Source: the human T2T-CHM13v2.0 reference genome, Homo sapiens. Taken from it: a stretch of DNA of 64,000 nucleotides. Made by a program: the position numbers and the translations under genes. Within the stretch, counting starts at the first letter, position 1; every line of letters begins with the position of its first letter. Below the pieces are notes generated by a model, which saw nothing but the letters and a program-made list of their open reading frames with translations, did not search any database and was not told the origin of the DNA. This document shows, piece by piece, positions 56,021 to 64,000 of the stretch. The stretch is from the NCBI RefSeq assembly GCF_009914755.1, contig NC_060936.1; one strand, 5' to 3'.

Positions 56021-58167
56021 AGTCCAATTCAAAAACAACAACAACAACAACAAAACATAGGCATGTGGGGGTTGAAGCTAGAGGGAAATAAGAGTGCTAG
56101 CCTAGGTTGGTAATAACCTTGCTCCAAAATAATGCCAATTAAGAGAAAGCCAATATAAGTGAATAGTTATTATATTTTCCTGAATACTATTGACTATTTA
56201 ATGTTCTAAACTAAGGTGTATGGTGTTTCCTTTATTTCTTTCAACTGAATTGTCAAATAAATACATGCTAAAAGATGTATTACCCCTCATACATTATTGT
56301 GTATTTGATGAATGCATTTTTGAAATGCTAAAGAATATATTACAAACATTTTTACTTTTTTTGCTCACGTTTACCTTGAAAGTAAATTCAGTAGATCTAG
56401 GATCTCTGAAAAGCACACATTGCTTTATTAAAACTTTTATTGCCGTTTCCTATTTATGGCACCATAAGAAATAACAGGGCCTAGAGACACGTTTTTAGGC
56501 TATAGTTTTCCAAGGTCATGAGATGTAAAATTTTGGCTAAAAATATTTTATAGCATATATACAGATTACTGGTACTTTTTAGAAACAAAATATTTGTATT
56601 CTTTTTCTGAGATCATCATTCTATAAAGCCTAAAAAGAGTTGGGAAGCAAGAAGGCAAAACTTACAGAAACTCCTTTTAGAAATAGCTTGGTAACAACTA
56701 AGAGAGAGAAATCAGTGGATGACTAAGATGACCACAACAAAATCACTTCTCAGTGAGATTAGACAAGAGCAATTTCTAGAGTTACACCCACATGCTTTTT
56801 TTAGATAACTCAACCAAGCTTTTTTTGAAGTAGGTAGGAAGATAATGTTCCCAGCAATTTATCCTAACCCCTCCTGAACTAAATCCTGAAGACACTGATA
56901 CAACTGGACTTTGAAACGTTCTGAGAGAGAATGCTTCTTTTCCTTCTGTAGACACACATCTCAGTGCTCTTGAGGACTAGAAGTTTGTTTTAAATGCAAA
57001 CAAAATGATAAAGCCAAATAAAATACAGTAACTAATCAAAGATTTTTGGTACCTTTGCCAATAGACCCAAACCCGCAGCAAATTAACTGAATTGTAATAT
57101 GAGATGAGAGTTAAAAATTAGCATTGCATATTTGAAGTCAAAAATCTTACAATATTTGTAAATATTTGTCACAAAGTCTCTTTCTCAATCTTTATACGTC
57201 AAAGAAATATCTAACTGTAGTTATTCACCTTCCTAATTAGTAACACTTCCTATTTAAATGGCTGTGCCATAAATTCGTATCATACCTGATAAAATCTTTC
57301 CACAGCTCTCTCTACACAGTCATAGCTATAAATCTTCTCACTGAATTTTAGTTTTAATCAAACTGAACAAAATCCCCCACATACACATTTGATCTCTCTA
57401 TTCAGTGTTCGGAGCCTACATAAGACCTTTCCCCCAGTATATTAATCCTCCTTAAATCCATACTTTCCAATAAGATATTATCTACTCACAACAACTAAAA
57501 TCCCTCTGCCACCATGTAATATTTTCCCTCAGCCAGAATTCATCTAGTCCTCTTCTAAATTCTCATAACACTTTAGACCAATACCTGTATATTGCTGTAT
57601 ATTGTTTTGTATTATTTGTGATAGTCTTGTGTTAAGTCTGCCCATATTTTCAACTTCCCTACTCTTCAAGAGCAGAGGAAGGGCATATTTTTGTGTATAT
57701 TTATATGTCCTACTTCCAGCCTCAGGCTTCACATACATTAAGTGGATAAAACAACAACAAAAAAGATGTGTGTACTGCATACAGGAGTTGGTATTTGAGT
57801 CACTGCCAAAATGAATTTTCTCTCAAAGTAAGGCTTAAATGATAAAGCCTCAAAAACATTTCCATTTCCTAGAGAGATGGCACTTTCAGTGAAGAAATGT
57901 GTTACTTTCTCACAAAAGAACATCCACTGATAATTCTCAAATACAAATGTACTAGACAACATCCTATTTTTTAAAACCTAAGTGTGAGGTTGGATTACTG
58001 TTCTTAGTATGTTTGATCCACAAGTATACAAATCTAAATAAATCAACCCTCTACCCTCATTCATCCTAAGTTAACTTTCCCCTCTGGATACCATGATGAT
58101 CTGAAGGCCTTTTACTATAGGAAGTAACATTTTTATGCCAATTATTGGAAAAGAATACCACGTTTAA

Positions 58168-58521
<354 letters not shown>

Positions 58522-59318
58522 AAAAGCTAGATTTTTAATCAAAGATAATGGCTAACCTATTACACTGGGCTGGGTTAGGTAGGGAGTTCTGTTTTTGTTG
58601 TTGTTGTTGTTGTTGGTTTTCTGTTTTTAAAGCAACATTCGGGATCATCCTAACAAAATTAGAAAGATACATATAAAAAGTCATCAATACAGTCTCCTGC
58701 TCAAATTCATTCAAGTCTCAATTGATTTAACAATTTCTCATGGGTAAGAGCATACGTAGCCTGCTTGTATTTGCCAAAGTATTTGCCTAAAACACAAATG
58801 GGACATAGTGCTGTCTGTTATGCTACCAGCACCATTTATTTCTAACGTCCTTTTCATTTCACAGACCATTTTGTATTTTTCCGACATGCTACTGTTTCAC
58901 TAACTAATTCAAATAATAAATTATAAGTGAGATGAAAAAAGATTTGCAAGTTAAATCAAAGAATTCTACAACAATCTATACAATACTTTGAGAAATTAAC
59001 ATATGATCTGGACAAGTCACAAGACAGATTAAATTGTATGCTCATCCCATATATGGGCAGAAGATAATCAATTTAATTTTCAATACATTAGACAATATTT
59101 GTGTACAAGAATATCTCATTGATGTTATACTTATTTTTTGTTTCATACTTCACTAACTTGTATATGTTTTCGTTTATAATCATCATTAGACTCCCTGTTA
59201 TCTAGGTACTAAAGGAATTGCTCTCTGCTATATATTGAATCTTGCTGTCAGGTGATGATAAAAGACGCTCTTGAAAAGGAAAAGAAAAACCAAAGACAGA
59301 TAAACAATAGGGATGAGC

Positions 59319-60000
59319 ACAGGAGAAAGATAATGGTTTAAGGCCATCATAACTTACTAATTTAAACCTAAAAGTCAATAAATGCTCAATGCCCTGGAAA
59401 GAGTTCTCAATCCAGTGTTTACAAAACCATGATGTGCTATTATTTTTTAGTAGATGACAAAATAGCACATTGCTATTTCTCCTATGAAAGAAGAAAAGTG
59501 GTCAAAGAAAAAGGTGGGAGCAGAAAAATAATGTAGAAACAGGAAAGAAAAAAAAAGAATCAAAGCACAATTAAATATGTTTCAGTCCAAATTTATTTTG
59601 CATCTGTTCTGTGCCAGATGTTATGTTAATTGCCAAAAATAAATAAATAAAAAGCTATGTTATAATCCTTATCCTAAAAAAAATGTAGTAGAAGAACATG
59701 GTAATAATAATGAAAATAATAATATTAATAATAAAAAAAGGTATTTTATGCAGTAGAACCTAGAGTAAAAGACTATAGGGATGTCCTTTAAAAATACAAA
59801 AATTAACATGTGACTTTTTCTTTTAATTTGTTTTTAAACATATCATCACACTTACAAGGATAAAGCTCAGGTTTAAGATATCATAAATTGCTAGAATAGA
59901 CAGGGAAGTCAATAAAAGCTGAATGACCTGGATAAAGTCTCTCACCTGTGAAGAGAAACCCGTAGTGCTATTTTTCAGGAGGTGACAAAATGGCACAATA
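59319..60000. repeat. Pair of diverged ~150-bp direct repeats (59319-59475 and 59854-60000)
   Basis: Collinear blocks GGTTTAAG, ATCATAA, AAGTCAATAAA, AATGnCCTGGA, AAACC, GTGCTAT and TGACAAAATnGCACA. The two minus-strand ORFs both contain FCHLLKN. Confidence 0.85.
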
Positions 60001-60689
60001 CCCTTTAAAGATGAGAAAAAAATAAATAAAAACATTAAACTTTCAGCTTTAGGAAGACATCAAATTCCTGACAGGAGGTATGCCTGTGTGTAAGTATGAG
60101 CTCACGTGACAAAAAAATACAGGAGTGGTTCATAAAGTAGGCTAAGAAGTTGATTCTGTATTTTTTAGTTTTATATCATCCCTTTGTCCAAGAGTTTTGT
60201 AAAACAAAAAAAATGTTGAAAATATACATTTAGAACCATGTCATTTTCATGTACATTTTATTGGGAAGGTTTCAGACAGAAGGAATTTAACAATTAAGGG
60301 CCATGAATCCAGCACCTACCTTAAGTCTTATTTTATTTATATATCTACTTACTTTTCTTCTCAGATTGTACGTTGTCGAGAGTCAATGTCTTTATTTTAC
60401 TTCATCCATGATTATTTAGGTACCTTCAGACAATTTTAGATTCCATAATCTAAAAATTAAATTATTATTTACTTTTTAAAGTCACAAAATTGATCCAAGA
60501 GATAGAAACTAATTCAGTATGTCATACAGGTAGTTGATGGGAGTTAGAATTTGTACCTGACTAGAGTGCCCTATCTTTATCATTATACACCTAGATTTTA
60601 AGAAAGTAAAAGCAGACAGAAGATTCTTATCAGAAATAGAAGATCGAAAAAATGACATGTCAATGAAAGTATGAATATTTCACATTCTA

Positions 60690-60909
60690 TTTTCAACCCT
60701 CAGTTCTGAAGGATCACTTCAGTTCCAGAACTCTCCATAAAATAGACTAGAGCCTTTGTTGCAAAGCATCATTGTTCAATATCTTTCCTTGTTCAACCCT
60801 GCTTCTCAAACCCTTCAGAGTTCTAGTTTCTAAAAGCATTCTGTAATAACATTTCCACATACAAGTCTCCATCTCAGAATTTACTTCCTGGGGAAAACAA
60901 CCTGTAACA
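60690..60909 (+). mobile_element. ERVL LTR16-like 3' half
   Basis: CTGAAGGATCACTTCAGTTCCAGAACTC...TCTCCATCTCAGAATTTACTTCCTGGGGAAAACAACCTGTAACA. Confidence 0.65.
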
Positions 60910-61354
60910 AAGACGAACTTCAGCAGAAAGATTAAACTTGAGTTTGGGATGATGATGAGACATTAGCTGCCTAGGAAATCACTAAAATCACTGAAATATA
61001 TCACAATTGTCAATTTCTTAATGGAAGATACTAAGACTTTTTCATACTTAGAAAATGATCAAGATGTGAAGATTTAATTATATGCATGGCAAATAAAAAT
61101 AAAGCAAATTATAACAGCTTGAAAGTAAAGATTCATATTAAGTTGGGAACTGGAATCATAACCAAAAAATTTCCTTAAAAAATGTTCATGTATTAAAGAC
61201 AGATCTGGGACATTTTAGAAAGTGTAGCAAAATGTTTTTGTTTTATATGTGATAGAAACAATGACATAAAGTTTCCATGTAAAAATGAGTATGGAAATAC
61301 TCATACCTATTCTTTCTTTCATTGTCCTTGATTCCACTAAAGAACAAGTCTTTT

Positions 61355-61564
61355 TTTTTTAATTTAATTTTATTATTATTATACTTTAAGTTTTAAAGTA
61401 CATGTGCACAACGTGCAGGTTTGTTACATATGTATACATGTGCCATGTTGGTGTGCTGCACCCATTAACTCATCATTTAGCATTAGGCATATCTCCTAAT
61501 GCTATCCTTCCCCCCTCCCCCCACCCCACAACCATCCCCTGTGTGTGATATTCCCCTTCCTGTG
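61355..61564 (-). mobile_element. L1PA3/4-like 3' tip
   Basis: 3'UTR with a T-rich tail. TSD AAGAACAAGTCTTTT at 61340-61354 and 61565-61579. Confidence 0.93.
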
Positions 61565-61883
61565 AAGAACAAGTCTTTTCTCAAGATATAAAGTCGTAAG
61601 TGTATTTGTAGGGCAAAAAAAAATAGTATCTGACATAAACTGTGAAAGGAAAACACACATCCACAATCTTGCAAACACACACAGAAGTTTCTACAGATGC
61701 AGTGTGCATGTGTGTGCATACTCAGGCAAACACACCAAGACTTACGCCCTTTGAGAAATAGCATATCTTCTCTTTCAGCCTTTGTTTGATTGTTTTCTTT
61801 AGCTGTGATACTTCCATCCACACCCCCAGCTTCAATACTCCCAAGGGTCACTCCCTTATTTCACTCAAATATCACCTTTAAAA

Positions 61884-62930
61884 AATAAACATTTTATTTT
61901 AGAATAATTTCAGTTGTATGGAAAGTTTTCAAAGATAACATAAAGTGTTCCTCTGTACTCCTCATCCAATTTTAGTTTTTCCAGATGTTATCATCTCAAA
62001 TAATCTTATACATTTGTCAAATTATGACATCACTATCTGTACATTGTTATTAACTAATTTCCAGGCATTATCTGTACCCACACTAAAGTCCTTTTACTTC
62101 CTGGGCATCCAATTCAAAATTCCAGGTTTCATTTAGTTGTCATGCCACCTTATTTTTCTCTTTTATGTGTATTTCTCATATTTTCTTTGTTTCTCATCAC
62201 CTTAACAATTTGAAGAGTACTCTAGATACTACATAAAATGTTTCTTAATTTGAGATTTTAAAGTATTTTTCTCAAATATAGCTGCCTCATGTGTTTTTGG
62301 AAAAAAATACCACAGAGGTAAAGTGCTATTATTATTGCATCATATTAGGGGATAAATTATATCCATATGATATCGTTGAGGCTGTCACCCTTCATTGCAT
62401 GGTTAAGATAGGGTATGTCAGTTTCCTCTATTATAAAGTTACAGAATTTTCCATTTCATACTCTATCCTTTGGAAACAAATTATTCAATTCAAGCTACCC
62501 TCAAGGGAGCCAGAAATTAAGCTCAATGTACTAGAAAAGTTATATCTATATATAAATGTTAGAATTCTTTGTTCATTATCCCTTATCTATTTACCTATTC
62601 AATCATTTATTGATATCATTATAGACATGCATATTTATCTGATACTTTGGGTTATAATTCAATGTTACATGTATATTTTATTGCTCAAATTGTTTTAGCT
62701 TTGTCTATTGAGGTCTCTTAAACGTTGGCATCTGTGTTTCTTTGACATGCACTTACTATTTTGTTTTTGTTCATTCTTTACTTTCTATTACTACAAGATG
62801 CTTCAGGATTATCTTGTATTTTCACTGCATCAGTCCTAGAATTAGGCACTTTTCTAAGGATCCCCTGTTCTTTTATTGAAGAATGGTATTAGAAACTAAG
62901 TTTTTGGTCCAGGTGTGCTTATTTCTACCT
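61884..62930 (-). mobile_element. L1MC/L1MD-type 3'UTR
   Basis: TTTTAGAATAATTTCAG...ATACTTTGGGTTATAATTCAAT...GAATGGTATTAGAAACTAAG...GGTGTGCTTATT. Confidence 0.8.
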
Positions 62931-62934
62931 GGCT

Positions 62935-63240
62935 AAACCTCTCCAATTTAATGAGACTACCGTGACTGTTCTATTTGTCTCTGAAATCTGCTCCTCTCCT
63001 ATTCCCCATTCCAAATTTCCATTATCTTTTAGTAGATTCTATTTTTCATAGCACACATCACCTTTTAATATGCTATAGAATTTGCTTGTGTATCCTGCTT
63101 AATTGTCTGTTTTCTCCTGTTTCTACAATTTAAGTTTGACGAGGATACAGATTTCTGTTGTGGCCACTATTGTATATCTAGCACACAAATAAATACCTGG
63201 TACAGACTTAGTAATTATATTTGATAACAATTTATTGATA
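62935..63240 (+). mobile_element. L2 3' end
   Basis: TTTTTCATAGCACACATCACC...TTGTCTGTTTTCTCC...TGTATATCTAGCAC...CCTGGTACA. Confidence 0.6.
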
Positions 63241-63624
63241 TTTGTAATAGAGTTTGAATCTAAATGCATATTTGAATTCACCTCATGAAAAGTTAAACAT
63301 ATCAAATTTTGTTTAAAGTGAAAAATGCATATAATTTAGATCAATTCTCGTCATAGGATTAGAAAATTCCAAAGACAAGCAGGAATCTGCACTATGACTA
63401 CTAAGTAAAGACCCCAAATTTATTGGATTCACATGTTATTGTATAGATAATGGTATGTAAAGGTTCAAATAATTTCTCTTCAATGTAAGTTTATTGCTGT
63501 TGTCCTGTAAGACAGTCAATTTAGTATCAAACACAGCAATCAAACATAACCCCCTTTCATTAAATCGTGTGTAAATATGAGATCATAATATGCTCTTTTA
63601 TTTTTGTTTTGCTATTGTTGTTAA

Positions 63625-64000
63625 TGTTTTTACTTTTTTTCCCTCTTTTTCAACTTTTATTGTAGAATTAGGAGAAACATGTGCAGGTTTGTTACAAACA
63701 TATATGTGTTATGCTGATGTTTGGGGTCTGACTGGACCTATCACCCTGATAGTGAGCATAGTATACAATAGGTAGTTGTTTAGCTCTTGCCCCCTCCTTC
63801 TCCCCTCTTGTATTCCCAAGTGTCTATTGTTCCCATCTTTATGTCCATGTGTACTTAATGTTTAACTCTTGCTTATAATTGAGAACATGTATTATTTCTG
63901 TTCCTGCATTAATTTGCTTAAAATAATGGCCTTCTGCTGCATCTGTGTTGCTACAAACAACATGACTTTGTTATTTTTTTAATCACTGCATAGTATTACA
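63625..64000 (-). mobile_element. L1PA15/16-like 3' end, running off the window
   Basis: CAACTTTTAT...CATGTGCAGGTTTGTTAC...GATAGTGAGCATAGTATACAATAGGTAG...GAGAACATG. Confidence 0.88.

Noticed and set aside
59319-60000. The repeat pair as H/ACA snoRNAs (both end near ACA)
   Set aside because: No shared ANANNA H box or two-hairpin architecture was found; kept only as an unexplained repeat.
61285-61304. ATGAGTAT-GGAA-ATACTCAT hairpin with a GNRA loop
   Set aside because: An 8-bp AT-rich stem is expected by chance in 64 kb.

Overview
Primate (human or great-ape) genomic DNA: AT-rich, CpG-poor and repeat-dense, typical of a large intron or gene desert. No protein-coding gene can be supported. The ORFs with recognisable homology are L1 ORF2 remnants or Alu read-throughs; the rest are low-complexity or unremarkable. 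The window contains about 13 Alu/FLAM/FAM elements, many L1 fragments from ancient L1M to young L1PA2, MaLR/ERVL LTRs, hAT and Tc2 DNA-transposon fossils, MIR/L2 relics and microsatellites. Most notable: (i) a four-element L1 nest at 39.2-42.9 kb, including one insertion with a twin-priming inversion, a 3' transduction and an 18-bp TSD; (ii) a tailless retrocopy of the 5' half of tRNA-Val(CAC) with a TSD at 10.16 kb; (iii) two diverged ~150-bp direct repeats at 59.3 and 59.9 kb that share an 11-bp motif and a terminal hairpin; (iv) two long AT-rich palindromes at 19.7 and 34.9 kb; (v) a candidate PBX-MEIS/TCF enhancer or non-coding exon at 14.7 kb. Subfamily names come from recalled consensus sequences and need RepeatMasker/Dfam confirmation. 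Edges of old elements are approximate. I found nothing that is firmly a new biological system.
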